DNA from: a virus | Strand: one strand, 5' to 3' | Virus genome (UHGV): UHGV-1363571 | DNA length: 47,257 nucleotides | Shown here: positions 19,066 to 29,352 of the stretch, piece after piece | Layout: each line of letters begins with the position of its first letter | How positions within the stretch are numbered: position 1 is the stretch's first letter | The notes under the pieces: model-generated | What the model saw: the letters and a program-made list of their open reading frames with translations, nothing else | What the model was told of the DNA's origin: nothing | Database searches by the model: none | Program-made: the position numbers and the translations under genes

Positions 19066-19415
19066 TTTTCTACAAGAGCATTTCCCTTTGATAGCATTTC
19101 CAATCTCCCCATAATCTCATTGTACTGATTGTCCTGTCTGATCTGCTCTGTGACCAACTGCTCATAAACTGTCATACAAGCAAGCAAATCATTTCCTTTT
19201 CCACACACACGATTACCTGTACCCTCTCCGAATACAGAATCAAACATCTGCTTCACTCTGCCGCACAGAAATCTATTCTGTTCCAGCTCTGTTCCTTCTG
19301 GCAGCTCTTCTGCAACGTGTTTCATCTTCTCCAATTCAGCTCCATATCGCTCTTTCAGCTCTGGATTCTCCAGATCATACAGGTTGAATTCCAATTCTAC
19401 TCCATTGATAATCAT
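19062..19415 (-). CDS. Tail assembly chaperone (gpG-position)
   Basis: 117 aa, acidic, immediately downstream of the major tail protein. Confidence 0.4.
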   Translation of the reverse strand: MIINGVELEFNLYDLENPELKERYGAELEKMKHVAEELPEGTELEQNRFLCGRVKQMFDSVFGEGTGNRVCGKGNDLLACMTVYEQLVTEQIRQDNQYNEIMGRLEMLSKGNALVEK

Positions 19416-19491
19416 GTTCTTGCGCTCCTTCCTTTTCCAATTCTCGCCTTACCTACTACTCCCACGCCAACCAAGGCATTATCGGCGGGGA

Positions 19492-20019
19492 TTATACTCC
19501 CCCCACCGTAAATTTCTTTGTAGATGTATCAAACTGTCCATCTTCCCAATCCGATACACCAAGTAAATTTCCAGATCCCTGAATCTCACCATCGTTGTCC
19601 GGGAAATCTGACACCTCGATGGCTACTTTTCTTCTCTTTGCATAAAACTTATTCTCCTGTTCTTCCACAGGCTTTTCCATGAACACCTTCACATAATAAG
19701 TTTCTGCATCTGACCCGGTCTTTTCATTTTCTCCGATATCCGCAATAAATTCGATCGCTTTTTCGGAGCGGATCAGGTCGAACTCCAATGGTGCCGTCCA
19801 TTCATAAGAGCCGATTCTCTGTGTTGCTGATTTCTGATTAACATATCTTTTGGAAGATGTCTGTGCAGATGGAGAATCGTCCAACTGAGTCACTCCAAAT
19901 CCAAGAAGCTCATAAGTTTCACTCAGATCTTTTGAAACATCCAGATATCCCGGATGCTGCCATCTACCTACAACACCAGTCTCGCCTGCTGCTGCAAAAA
20001 ACTGAATATTCATTTTCAT
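19492..20019 (-). CDS. Major tail protein
   Basis: Start refined to MKMNIQFFAAAGETG with RBS GGAGGT. Sits between the tail-completion gene and the chaperones. Confidence 0.55.
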   Translation of the reverse strand: MKMNIQFFAAAGETGVVGRWQHPGYLDVSKDLSETYELLGFGVTQLDDSPSAQTSSKRYVNQKSATQRIGSYEWTAPLEFDLIRSEKAIEFIADIGENEKTGSDAETYYVKVFMEKPVEEQENKFYAKRRKVAIEVSDFPDNDGEIQGSGNLLGVSDWEDGQFDTSTKKFTVGGV

Positions 20020-20026
20020 ACCTTTG

Positions 20027-20455
20027 TTACCTCCGTTTATAATAAATAAATTGACATTGTATCCTGTACTGGCACTTTGTTTCCTGTGCATCGTACAGAT
20101 ATCCGTCTGTTGTTGCTCGAATAGATTTACTCTGCAGTTTTCCTGTCAATTCCGGCAAGTTTTCTACTTTTGTACACTCATCCAGCCAGTCTGCAAATTT
20201 TTCATAGAATTCCGAAGTGTCCCTGTTTTCTTCGTCTCCGTAAAGCACTCTGGAACATAACGAAAATACATACTGTCTGACAGTATCGCCGTTTGCGTAC
20301 CGCTTTAAAATTGGTTCTGCTGGCGTACTTTCAATACTGTATGCAGTCACATCTTCCTCCAACATATCTACATTCACAACAGGGAACATCTCCTGAAACT
20401 CCTGCAGAAACGGGCACCCGGCAATAAACTCCGCCACTTGGTTTGTTATGCTCAT
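20027..20455 (-). CDS. Tail completion / head-tail joining protein
   Basis: Position only. Confidence 0.35.
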   Translation of the reverse strand: MSITNQVAEFIAGCPFLQEFQEMFPVVNVDMLEEDVTAYSIESTPAEPILKRYANGDTVRQYVFSLCSRVLYGDEENRDTSEFYEKFADWLDECTKVENLPELTGKLQSKSIRATTDGYLYDAQETKCQYRIQCQFIYYKRR

Positions 20456-20799
20456 TTCGCCTTACCTCCACAATATTTCGCAACAGACTGTACAATTTCT
20501 TTCCCGCGATCCGCCCACATACGCTCTGTCCAGTGGCTACCGGCACGAGCATGTACGGATCTGTTCTTTCCTTTATTCTCGTAGTACTGCCGCCTTGCAT
20601 AAGGAGTGTCATAGATAATAGAGGATGCTGTTTCTGTCACACTGTCCATTGACAGGTTTCCGCTTAATCTCGGCACATAAGGTGTGGACAGCTGTCTTAC
20701 TTCATGGGTGAAGAACTTCTGCCCTGCTCCGTTCTTATTGAGACTTCTCTTCAATAAAATTTTATCTACCGGATCTATATCAAGCCTGATCTTTGCCAT
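20452..20799 (-). CDS. HK97 gp10-like head-tail protein
   Basis: 115 aa, position and family resemblance. Confidence 0.4.
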   Translation of the reverse strand: MAKIRLDIDPVDKILLKRSLNKNGAGQKFFTHEVRQLSTPYVPRLSGNLSMDSVTETASSIIYDTPYARRQYYENKGKNRSVHARAGSHWTERMWADRGKEIVQSVAKYCGGKAK

Positions 20800-21212
20800 T
20801 AAGAACCACCACCTATCCTGATATGCTTAGAAGAACCAAAAAAGTTCTCGGAATGACTAAGTACTTTCCCAATCGTTCCAGAGAACCTTTTCATGATATC
20901 TTCTATCCCTGTGACATTTTCTCCATCCCATTCTCCAAGGATAAAGAAATCACCATTCCGCACAGTCCATTTTCCATACACTTCTGTTAACCGGTTGAAC
21001 TCATCCGGTGAAATCCAGTCAGCACATTCTGAATATGGAATCCGGATCTGGTATTCATCTGCGCTTCTTAATCCATTTTCTCCTACGGTGCTTTTCTGGT
21101 TCGTGTGAAACCAGACCTTATGGATGACATGAGGAATAAACACCATCTTCCTGTTCTCCTGATCTGGCCACTGATTAAAAATCGTAATCTTAGCATTCGT
21201 AAGCATTGACAT
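20799..21212 (-). CDS. Head closure / head-tail adaptor protein
   Basis: Position only. Confidence 0.35.
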   Translation of the reverse strand: MSMLTNAKITIFNQWPDQENRKMVFIPHVIHKVWFHTNQKSTVGENGLRSADEYQIRIPYSECADWISPDEFNRLTEVYGKWTVRNGDFFILGEWDGENVTGIEDIMKRFSGTIGKVLSHSENFFGSSKHIRIGGGS

Positions 21213-21588
21213 TCACCCCCAGATAAAGCAGTCCTGTATGCGCTAGATAACGGCGGATGACCGCGTAGATTTTCGTTTGCAGAGCGTCTACTGCAATCTT
21301 CCCCGCCTCCGCTTCAGTCGCGTAATTCACGGAATATCCATCTGTGTTTTCCGACTGCACTTCCCTTCCTCCATGTTCCATTCGGTTCATATCATCCTGA
21401 TAGATCATGTCAGCAAGTTCACACAGGCAAAGCTTCACTAACTCCATATCGTTCTCACTCGGCTGTAAATGCATCACTTGATTCAGATAGGTGTTAGCTT
21501 TCAAGATCGGCTGTTTCAATGACCGTTCGTCCTCGATTATAATTCCATTGTATTCTTCTACGTAAAACTGAAAATCTACACGTATCAA
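21190..21588 (-). CDS. Head-tail connector (gp6-like)
   Basis: Position after the capsid gene. Confidence 0.35.
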   Translation of the reverse strand: MIRVDFQFYVEEYNGIIIEDERSLKQPILKANTYLNQVMHLQPSENDMELVKLCLCELADMIYQDDMNRMEHGGREVQSENTDGYSVNYATEAEAGKIAVDALQTKIYAVIRRYLAHTGLLYLGVNVNAYEC

Positions 21589-21601
21589 CGCCTATTCCTC
21601 C

Positions 21602-21985
21602 TTACGAATTCGCCATAATCCCCTGTTTTTTCATCTCCGCAAGAATTGCATTGATTTTATTTTTCAGGTCAGTTGCGGTTTCTGTGGACAAATCTGCAAT
21701 CAAAGCCATCTGTTTTACGCCACCAAGCGTTGTCTTGTTTGCTGCTGGAAGAGTGTAACTTGGTCCCGCAGGTCCCTGTGCGCCCAGATCTCCCTTGTCT
21801 CCTTTCGGTCCTGCTACTCCTGGATCACCTTTTTCGCCTTTTGCCCCTGCTGGTCCTGCCGGTCCTGCTGGTCCTGCCGGTCCTGCCGGTCCAACCTGCT
21901 CATTCTTCACGCCCTGCTCTAACTTATTCAGTTTCTCTGCTGTAATAACGTCATCATTATTCCATGTCGTTGGTGTATATGCCAT
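21602..21985 (-). CDS. Collagen-like repeat protein (14 Gly-X-Y triplets); possible capsid decoration or fibre
   Basis: [44 protein letters not shown] is encoded by near-perfect 9-bp tandem DNA repeats. C-terminal [14 protein letters not shown] motif. Confidence 0.6.
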   Translation of the reverse strand: MAYTPTTWNNDDVITAEKLNKLEQGVKNEQVGPAGPAGPAGPAGPAGAKGEKGDPGVAGPKGDKGDLGAQGPAGPSYTLPAANKTTLGGVKQMALIADLSTETATDLKNKINAILAEMKKQGIMANS

Positions 21986-22068
21986 TATTATTACCTCCGT
22001 CTCTTATTTTGTTTTACCTACTTTTGCCTTTCCGACTTTCGCAGTTCCTACTTGTGCCAAATCGTCAT

Positions 22069-22935
22069 CTAGGCCTTTTTTTTTACAACTGCGTAGTTCT
22101 TGTCTCCGAGACGGTATCCGGTACAGATTTCCACCTGTGCAAGAGTTCCGTTGAAGTTCTCAGAGTCTTTCAGTCTTGCCATAGATAACAGGTCAATGAT
22201 ATGCAGTCCTCTCCAGTCATACATGATATACTCTACTTTTGACAGATCTTCTGTCTGTAGACTTCCTGCATAATCGTAGTATTTTGCAGCTGCTGTCAAG
22301 TCGAGCATATTACACTCTACCCACAACATTCCAAGGTAATATCCCATCTGTCCGGTGCGGATGATCTCATCATTCTTAACAGGAATGAATTTATCTCCTG
22401 CAACTTCCAGCATCGTACTGTAGGTCTCAACAGATGCCATAACCACATTCGCAGACGCTTTCTGCTTACGGATTGTTTTTCTTCCTGCAATCACCTTATT
22501 GATGATATTGGAAGCGGTAATTGCTTCTGTATCTTCCATTGCCGTTCCTTCGTGTGCAAGACATGCAAGACCGGACTGCTGCCATCCCTCTTTGCAAACC
22601 TGTGTAGACTGGGAAAGATGCGCATCAGCCATGTCAAACGGCACAGCGCTTGCCTGTACGTTATAAATCTTCGTTGATTCCTGCTGCAGGTTATTCAGTA
22701 ACACTGGAATCAGATCATTGTCTGCTTTTCCGTGTTCGAAGTCGGATGCCGGCTGTTTTGGGTCTTTTGCCGCCTTGGCAGCTAAACGGAACACTTTTAC
22801 TGCTCCCGCTCCTTCAGCATCACCCTGATACTGATCATTAAATGTCATCCCCGGCTGAAAAATTGCATCAAAATAAAAATTTGGTGCAACGATTGAACTG
22901 TATTTTTCGCTTACGTTATATCCACCATATTCCAT
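22069..22935 (-). CDS. Major capsid protein
   Basis: 288 aa, immediately downstream of the scaffold gene. Confidence 0.55.
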   Translation of the reverse strand: MEYGGYNVSEKYSSIVAPNFYFDAIFQPGMTFNDQYQGDAEGAGAVKVFRLAAKAAKDPKQPASDFEHGKADNDLIPVLLNNLQQESTKIYNVQASAVPFDMADAHLSQSTQVCKEGWQQSGLACLAHEGTAMEDTEAITASNIINKVIAGRKTIRKQKASANVVMASVETYSTMLEVAGDKFIPVKNDEIIRTGQMGYYLGMLWVECNMLDLTAAAKYYDYAGSLQTEDLSKVEYIMYDWRGLHIIDLLSMARLKDSENFNGTLAQVEICTGYRLGDKNYAVVKKKA

Positions 22936-22954
22936 ACTCTTTTATTCTCCTTTT

Positions 22955-23578
22955 CTATTTCGCGTATTTGTTGTTTCCGTATTTCCTTGTGAGATAAGCC
23001 TCTTCTTCGGATTTTGTCTCCGGTCTGTAGGTTCCATGAGTACCTCTTACCCATGTCTTTTTTCCACCGTCCGGTTCTTCCTGTTCGAACTCATCCGGAT
23101 ATTTCTCTTTGACGCCTTTCATGTACTCATCTGCACCAACAAAAGCACCGTCTTTAAACTCCATCTTCTGTTCCAGAAACTCATGTAAGATTGTCTTTCT
23201 GGATAAAGGAGATTTAATCTTCTGCGTGTCCAAAAACCTCTCTGCTGCAAACATCTTTCGGTCTGATTCAATCTGATCATTTAGTGCTTTTGTGTCTTCG
23301 TTGTACTTTTTCTCCCAGTCAGCAGCAGACTGCTTGATTCCGTCAATATCCATGTCCTTGTAAGACTTAATCGTAGTGTTTGCTTCGCCGAGCTGCGTCT
23401 CCAGTCCATTGGCTCTCGTCTCAAGGCTCTGGTACTTTTCCTTGCTGATATAGCCGCCATCTGATAAATCAACGAATCTGACATGCTTCAGCTTATCCTC
23501 GATTCCGTTGTTATGCTCCTGAATCTTTGCATCTACCTGTCCGAAAAGCTCTTCTCCTAATACGTCTCTTAACTGCAT
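22955..23578 (-). CDS. Scaffolding protein
   Basis: Start refined to MQLRDVLGEELF with RBS AAAGGA. Coiled coil. Sits between MuF and the capsid gene. Confidence 0.55.
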   Translation of the reverse strand: MQLRDVLGEELFGQVDAKIQEHNNGIEDKLKHVRFVDLSDGGYISKEKYQSLETRANGLETQLGEANTTIKSYKDMDIDGIKQSAADWEKKYNEDTKALNDQIESDRKMFAAERFLDTQKIKSPLSRKTILHEFLEQKMEFKDGAFVGADEYMKGVKEKYPDEFEQEEPDGGKKTWVRGTHGTYRPETKSEEEAYLTRKYGNNKYAK

Positions 23579-23728
23579 CTTTATTCCTTTCTTTGACCAC
23601 TGTTTATTATCGCGGTGTCTCCGCTGGCCGTGGCAGTTATTCTCCCATGCCACAGGGGATATTTTCCCGCAGTTTAAATGTCTTGAGGGTTGATCGGACA
23701 AATACTATCCCCAAAATTGAGGGCAGCG

Positions 23729-23762
23729 TATAAAAATAGCACCTACCACACTGGATAGATGC
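23729..23762 (-). terminator. Intrinsic terminator, copy 2 of the GGTAGGTG family
   Basis: Minus strand: GCATCTA-tccagtgtgg-TAGGTGC-TATTTTTATAC. Confidence 0.55.
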
Positions 23763-23831
23763 TAAATTTATTGTTTTTATTTTTTGAAATTGGCATAAAA
23801 ATACCACTCACTCAATTAAGAATGAATGGTA

Positions 23832-24023
23832 TCATCTCTTTTCCGCCGGTTCCATATGAATCTTAAAATTACAGGTTGTACAATTGAAATATGTACTTGT
23901 TTTTGGATTATAAGGTGTAATGATTTTACCTGTTTTACATTCCGGACAAATTACTTCTTTTCCATCCCGTAACGCCTTTATCATCATTCCAATTTCTTTT
24001 GGTGTCATTACTTTAGCCTCCAT
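23832..24023 (-). CDS. Small zinc-ribbon protein (CPEC...CTTC)
   Basis: 63 aa with two CxxC pairs. Overlaps the 3' end of the MuF gene. Confidence 0.5.
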   Translation of the reverse strand: MEAKVMTPKEIGMMIKALRDGKEVICPECKTGKIITPYNPKTSTYFNCTTCNFKIHMEPAEKR

Positions 24024-25645
24024 TCACGATCTGAATATCTTCCTTTTACTGATTTTATTATATTCCTAATGTCTTGTCCCGTCAATTTACCTTTCGTATG
24101 TAATTCAGCAAAATAGTCACAAACAGCTTCTGCGTGTTGATCTCCACCTATATCCAATCGGATATGCGTTGCTTCATGGATAATCGTTTCCGCCGTCTTC
24201 CGTATGCTTTGTGTTTCCACCCCATTGATATAGATATGATTTCCAATACATGATCCATACAGTCCTTCCAGTCCCGTTTCTGAAATTGTATTGCTGCTAT
24301 AATATACGTTAACGGAAATATGATTCGTTTTAATAAAATCAAGAACTGTCTTTCCAACATTTGACTTATTAAGATTTTTGTATAAGTTAGCTGCGAGTAC
24401 TGTATCCATTTCTTTTGTAATCTCTACATCGAATATTTTTTCTGCTGTCTTCTTTTTTATATTAGAAATTCTTGACTCAAATATTCTTCCCGGCAACACT
24501 CTTCCAAGCCCATCCATATACACTCTCTGCATCTGCTCTGGAAGCTCCATCTTTTTAGAAAACCCCTGGTATTCCCGGAGTGTGTTCAGATACTTTGCTT
24601 GGGCTGCCTGTATGTCCAACTGGCTGGCTTTTCCCTTTTTTAGAAGATCAATGTCACTTCTCTGCTTTCTCATTCTGGTTTCAAGTGCTCTCTGCCGCTG
24701 CTGAGCTTCATAGGCGTTATATGATTTTCCCTGATAAGACCTTGCGACCTGTTCATTTGCTTCCATTTCCCTCAATTGTTCCGGTGTGTACGTTCTGACA
24801 GACACACCGTCTACGAACGCGAAGTAACTATGCCTACAATTAGCTCCGCACAGACCATCTACCTCTCCCAAACGACAGATCGAGATCAGTTCCTGCTTTG
24901 TATACACATTCCCTCCCCACCAGTGAGAAGGTCTATGCCCGGCATGCCACGTTACTTCGTAGGTATCTGTCCCTAAATCCTTTGCCACCTGTTCATTGAT
25001 CTGCGCAGCCAGTTGATGCACACCTGTCATTACAGCACGTCTGACCGCCACAGGGACCCGATTTCCATATCCTGACGCATAATTTACTGTCCGTATCCCA
25101 CTGGCTGTCATTTCCTTTACTACACGCCTGAGAACGGTATTGTAATCGAACGCTCCGGTTACAATGTCCATACATGCGCGATCAAGATACTTCTGATAGT
25201 ACTCTGAAAATGGAGTGAATACTTTCTTTCCTCCGTAATCCAAAGCAAATCCCATTGATCGTGTGATATTCTGGATTTCATGTTTTGTCTGACTTAGAAT
25301 TGCTTTCGCCCATGTCTGCATCTGCTCATTATCTTCATAAGGTGTAAAATGGGCATTTACCTGTTCGTAGATTTCTTTTGTCCTGGTGTAATCCTTTTCG
25401 ATTACAGTATCATAAATCTCCCACAGTTCCGGATCAGTAAGCCCTGAAAGACGTTTGATTTCCGATTCAATGAACTCCGTAGAATTTCCAATGATCTGTA
25501 TTCTGTTCAACTGATAGTCCGCTGTAGATGTAATTCCACCTGTCTTTTTAATCCTCCTGACTACATCTCTCATAATGCGGTTCTGTAATTCAAGAAACAT
25601 CTTTTCAAGCTGCAGTGGCAGGTGCTCCATTTCCTTTGGCTGCAT
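24008..25645 (-). CDS. Head morphogenesis protein (SPP1 gp7/Mu F family) with a C-terminal HExxH metallopeptidase-like extension
   Basis: MuF-like core at roughly 150-330 aa. About 200-aa extension ending in TIIHEATHIRLDIGGDQHAEAVCDYFAELH. Position after the portal. Confidence 0.65.
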   Translation of the reverse strand: MQPKEMEHLPLQLEKMFLELQNRIMRDVVRRIKKTGGITSTADYQLNRIQIIGNSTEFIESEIKRLSGLTDPELWEIYDTVIEKDYTRTKEIYEQVNAHFTPYEDNEQMQTWAKAILSQTKHEIQNITRSMGFALDYGGKKVFTPFSEYYQKYLDRACMDIVTGAFDYNTVLRRVVKEMTASGIRTVNYASGYGNRVPVAVRRAVMTGVHQLAAQINEQVAKDLGTDTYEVTWHAGHRPSHWWGGNVYTKQELISICRLGEVDGLCGANCRHSYFAFVDGVSVRTYTPEQLREMEANEQVARSYQGKSYNAYEAQQRQRALETRMRKQRSDIDLLKKGKASQLDIQAAQAKYLNTLREYQGFSKKMELPEQMQRVYMDGLGRVLPGRIFESRISNIKKKTAEKIFDVEITKEMDTVLAANLYKNLNKSNVGKTVLDFIKTNHISVNVYYSSNTISETGLEGLYGSCIGNHIYINGVETQSIRKTAETIIHEATHIRLDIGGDQHAEAVCDYFAELHTKGKLTGQDIRNIIKSVKGRYSDREWRLK

Positions 25646-25656
25646 ATCCTCACACC

Positions 25657-27036
25657 CTATTCCATTGTATCTTCCTGGCTAAATTGTGATGCCTGTTTCA
25701 GCATCTTGATCGCCTGCTCTTCCGTTTCACCGAAACGCTTCATCCGGTACTCTACAGGACCAACAACTCCCATACTAAAATCAGCCCGAAGCTGTTCCGT
25801 CTCATATTTCTTGTCTGTTACAAGGGAGTCATCCCAACTGCAGGATACTTCTACCTTTCCGTCTGCAGAAGTGCCACCAAGCGACATCCACACTTCTATA
25901 GCTGCCACAAGATTCTCAAGTGCGTTCCCAAGGCTATTCTGAATAGATTTTACCGTTGCGTAAGAGCGTTGCTTACTGGCCTTAATTTCTTCTGCTGTCT
26001 TATCCACTACCTGTGGATCTGAAAGAGTTCCATAAGCAAGACCACAGTTAAACTCTACTTTCTGTATGATCCTGTTGTACCCGTTGAAGAAGCTCTCATC
26101 CCGGATTTCCGGTGAATACGCATTAAAAAAGGGATTTCCATCCCTACTCATCACATTCGGCCCCATTGCCCGGTAAAGCCGTTCTTTCCCTTTTGGCAGG
26201 ATAACTTCTCCCTGCCGGTTCTTCCGGAAAAATTCATCCGCTGCCTGAATTGCCGTTTCCTTTGATTTGTATTCCCACAGCACTGCTCCATACTGCTCAT
26301 CAGCATCCCGAATCTGATTCACGGCTCTTGCATAGATTGATACACCAAGAGGAGAATGGATGTCTGTATTGTTTGCCAATGGAATCTTGAAGTAAGAAAA
26401 CAGTATCCTGTCCGCATTCTGAAACTCGACATAAGGGGCAATATCTGACCATTCCGGTACTTCTTCCAGATTGATCTCCTGTCCGAGATTTACGATATCA
26501 TCCGTTTTTACCATTGCTTTCTTACTGATAAAAGCTTTGTTAACAATGCTGTATCTATCGCCCTGTAATGCGTGATATTCAAGTCTTGTATAAAGATTCT
26601 TTCCAACGCGCTTAAATTCTGGGAAGATAGCTGCTGTAATCTCTCCTGCGCTGTTAAACTCTACCGGGTAAAAGTCACCGGCTCTCACTACATCTATCTC
26701 AATCCCTTTCTGGGATAAATACGGTTTAAAGACCACACCGCCTGTACTGCAGGCAAACTCTGTGTAGTTTGAAATCTCATTTAGAAACGGCTGTATCCCC
26801 TCTTTAATCATTTCAGCTTTGCTTCCGCCCGTAATATTGATGCTGGATTCCATTGTCACCAGTCTTGCCATTTCGGAGCAGATTGCTGCCGGGAGGCTCA
26901 GTCCCTTTACATCATCATTCAACCAGGGGGATTCGTTGATATACATCTTTGACCACCGATAGATTCCCTGTGCCATTCTCTGGGATACCGCAACATCCAC
27001 TCCCATTGCCTGTTTTATAGTTTCATACTGTATCAA
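25657..27036 (-). CDS. Portal protein (SPP1 Gp6-like)
   Basis: 459 aa, downstream of terL. Confidence 0.65.
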   Translation of the reverse strand: MIQYETIKQAMGVDVAVSQRMAQGIYRWSKMYINESPWLNDDVKGLSLPAAICSEMARLVTMESSINITGGSKAEMIKEGIQPFLNEISNYTEFACSTGGVVFKPYLSQKGIEIDVVRAGDFYPVEFNSAGEITAAIFPEFKRVGKNLYTRLEYHALQGDRYSIVNKAFISKKAMVKTDDIVNLGQEINLEEVPEWSDIAPYVEFQNADRILFSYFKIPLANNTDIHSPLGVSIYARAVNQIRDADEQYGAVLWEYKSKETAIQAADEFFRKNRQGEVILPKGKERLYRAMGPNVMSRDGNPFFNAYSPEIRDESFFNGYNRIIQKVEFNCGLAYGTLSDPQVVDKTAEEIKASKQRSYATVKSIQNSLGNALENLVAAIEVWMSLGGTSADGKVEVSCSWDDSLVTDKKYETEQLRADFSMGVVGPVEYRMKRFGETEEQAIKMLKQASQFSQEDTME

Positions 27037-28391
27037 CGTTCCTCACCTCTTTCTGATATTGGCAACATAAATTTAATCCGGTTCCACATTCCAACGCATA
27101 AATAGCGTGTTCCATCAAGTGCATGATCGTTCTCTTTTACCGGTATCTCAACGCCTTTTTTAATTCCATCTGTATTGTATTGATAAAGCCCAAACTCCTT
27201 AATCAGCATCTTCTGTTTCTCGCTGACGATCATTCTTCCGAAAGACAACAACTTCTGCACACGGCTGATTCCTAATTTGACATCATTCTGCGCCGGTATA
27301 ACCGGTATATGGGGGATGACTCTCCGTATTTCCTCAATCAGACCTGCTGCCGATGGATCCACGAATATGTAGCTGACTACACGGTCATACTCCTTTTCTA
27401 TCTTGTCGCAGAATGTTTTCATATCCTGTGCATACTCCGAAGGAGATTTCTGTGTTCCACTTTCTCGCCCGGAATAGTAGTACTCATCGATTCCACGCAG
27501 GACTTGATTTTGATAGTCAATGCCGAAAGCTTCATAGACTGTTGCATTCTGTTGACCGTAGTCCACTCCGATTCCAATCTCCCCAATGCTTCGTTTCTCT
27601 TCCTCAATGTAATCTTCCGGCTGATAAATATGCTTCTCTGCTGAAAACATATAGTAGATCAGATCATCAACTCCCGTAGGCTCTCCTAACCATGTCCACC
27701 GGTACATCTTGATATCAGCTCGCATCATAGCTTCTGCAGAATCAATCAGATCCTGTCCCAACCAATCAACCGGAACATCTTTGTAGCTTGTGTGAATATG
27801 GATGCAGTCCTCGCGCTCTTCCATCTTCTTGCACCAGAGGTTGATCGTAGCATTCGGATTCTTCGGCGGATTGTAAAGATAGATCATCTGGAAACCAGCT
27901 TTGTTTCCACGGACGAACGTTGCTTCTATATTCGCCAGTTCATCTTCCCCTTCCCCATCATCGAAGAACTCTGTCAGCTCATCCAGTACTACAAGCTTTA
28001 TCGGCTTGTCCTCATCGATGATACCTTTTGTATCGTCAATTCCATCAGAACCGGAGAAATACATCGTTGTATTGTGCTTTTTATATGTAATCTCCATCGG
28101 GGATTTTCCGATCTTGAAATATGACTTGGGAATTTCTAGCCGGTTAATGCCCCGGAGCATTTCTTTGTATACTGTTTTCCGCAGTTTATTGTGATGTTTT
28201 CTCAGGACTACTGCTGAACCATTTGCATCATCCACCAACTGGAAAATACCTCTAACACCTGCATAACTGGATTTCGTGCCGGCACGGCCAGAAGTCAGGA
28301 TGATATGTTTATGCTGCTTATCGTTGAATAACGGCAGATATTTTGGAATGATCAAATCTGATATTCTAACTTGTTTTTTTGTCTGCGTCAT
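27033..28391 (-). CDS. terL: Terminase large subunit (PBSX-type)
   Basis: Walker A TSGRAGTKSS. RBS GGAAGGAG. 452 aa. Confidence 0.8.
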   Translation of the reverse strand: MTQTKKQVRISDLIIPKYLPLFNDKQHKHIILTSGRAGTKSSYAGVRGIFQLVDDANGSAVVLRKHHNKLRKTVYKEMLRGINRLEIPKSYFKIGKSPMEITYKKHNTTMYFSGSDGIDDTKGIIDEDKPIKLVVLDELTEFFDDGEGEDELANIEATFVRGNKAGFQMIYLYNPPKNPNATINLWCKKMEEREDCIHIHTSYKDVPVDWLGQDLIDSAEAMMRADIKMYRWTWLGEPTGVDDLIYYMFSAEKHIYQPEDYIEEEKRSIGEIGIGVDYGQQNATVYEAFGIDYQNQVLRGIDEYYYSGRESGTQKSPSEYAQDMKTFCDKIEKEYDRVVSYIFVDPSAAGLIEEIRRVIPHIPVIPAQNDVKLGISRVQKLLSFGRMIVSEKQKMLIKEFGLYQYNTDGIKKGVEIPVKENDHALDGTRYLCVGMWNRIKFMLPISERGEER

Positions 28392-28830
28392 TGATAATCT
28401 CTACTCCTTCCATTTCATCCTCATTGCTGCAATCTCGGTTCAACTTATCTGCATTTGCTAGCTTCAATTCTGTATCCGCCTCTCGGTTTCGTCTGTTCTC
28501 ATCCGGTTCTGGCGATTGCCCTGCATACTTCGCTACAAATGTAGCTGCCTGTGTGTTTCCGTTCATTGCTTCTTTGATTTGTGCCATCAAAAGAGCCGAT
28601 TCCAGAGTGCACTCAACACCAAGTGACTCCAGAACCGGCTTCCATTCAGGACTATCTATTTCAGCGGTAAGCAGCAGATTCAAAGTCTTTCTAAAATCAG
28701 CTTTTCTCCGTCTTGCTTCACCGCTTGCTTTTCCACCTTTAGAAGTAATTATTCGTAGTTCCTCCGTTGTTCGTTTATCAAATCCACGATCTTTTATGTT
28801 ATCATAACCTGCCACTTCACCACCTTCCAA
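28366..28830 (-). CDS. terS: Terminase small subunit (putative)
   Basis: 154 aa immediately upstream of and overlapping terL. KGGKASGEARRRK followed by helical segments. Confidence 0.45.
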   Translation of the reverse strand: MEGGEVAGYDNIKDRGFDKRTTEELRIITSKGGKASGEARRRKADFRKTLNLLLTAEIDSPEWKPVLESLGVECTLESALLMAQIKEAMNGNTQAATFVAKYAGQSPEPDENRRNREADTELKLANADKLNRDCSNEDEMEGVEIINDADKKTS

Positions 28831-28884
28831 TCTGTTAATTTAATGCATAGAAAAAGAGACACCGAAGTGCCCCCTTAATAATTA

Positions 28885-29352
28885 TTATCGTTTATACCGT
28901 TTACATAAATCATGTAAAATCTCCATTAGACAAATAATTGAATCTGGTCTTATTGGCTCCTTGTCTTTTTCAGAATTTCCTCTTTCGTACAAATATCTCC
29001 ACTCGGTATATACCATTTTTATATTTTCAAGTTCAACATCAAAATTCGTGTTTCCACTTATCTTTTCATCAAACTTTTCTTTGCACCATCTCTTATCGTC
29101 ATCACTTATTAATTTAAATAATTCATCTAAATCATGCTCTATTTTCAAGAAATTCTTGTTTTTATATACCAGTGCTTTCAAATATAGCTCACATGTTAAA
29201 GCCCCTATGTTTATTATCGGAATTATTAACTGCATATAATCACTTAGTGAATCAGTCGTTTCATTTCCTTCAATTTTTTCAAATAATACCCTCACTGCAT
29301 AATAATAGTTATTAGCAGTATCTACAATGTTAATATATTTTTCTTTATCCAT
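28885..29352 (-). CDS. AT-rich orphan hypothetical protein (moron) between the tRNA island and terS
   Basis: 155 aa. Markedly lower GC than its neighbours. No recognisable motif. Confidence 0.5.
   Translation of the reverse strand: MDKEKYINIVDTANNYYYAVRVLFEKIEGNETTDSLSDYMQLIIPIINIGALTCELYLKALVYKNKNFLKIEHDLDELFKLISDDDKRWCKEKFDEKISGNTNFDVELENIKMVYTEWRYLYERGNSEKDKEPIRPDSIICLMEILHDLCKRYKR

Noticed and set aside
20331-20612. 93-aa minus-strand ORF overlapping 20027..20455 and 20452..20799
   Set aside because: It is a third frame across two contiguous head-tail genes with a Cys/Arg-rich translation, so it is spurious.
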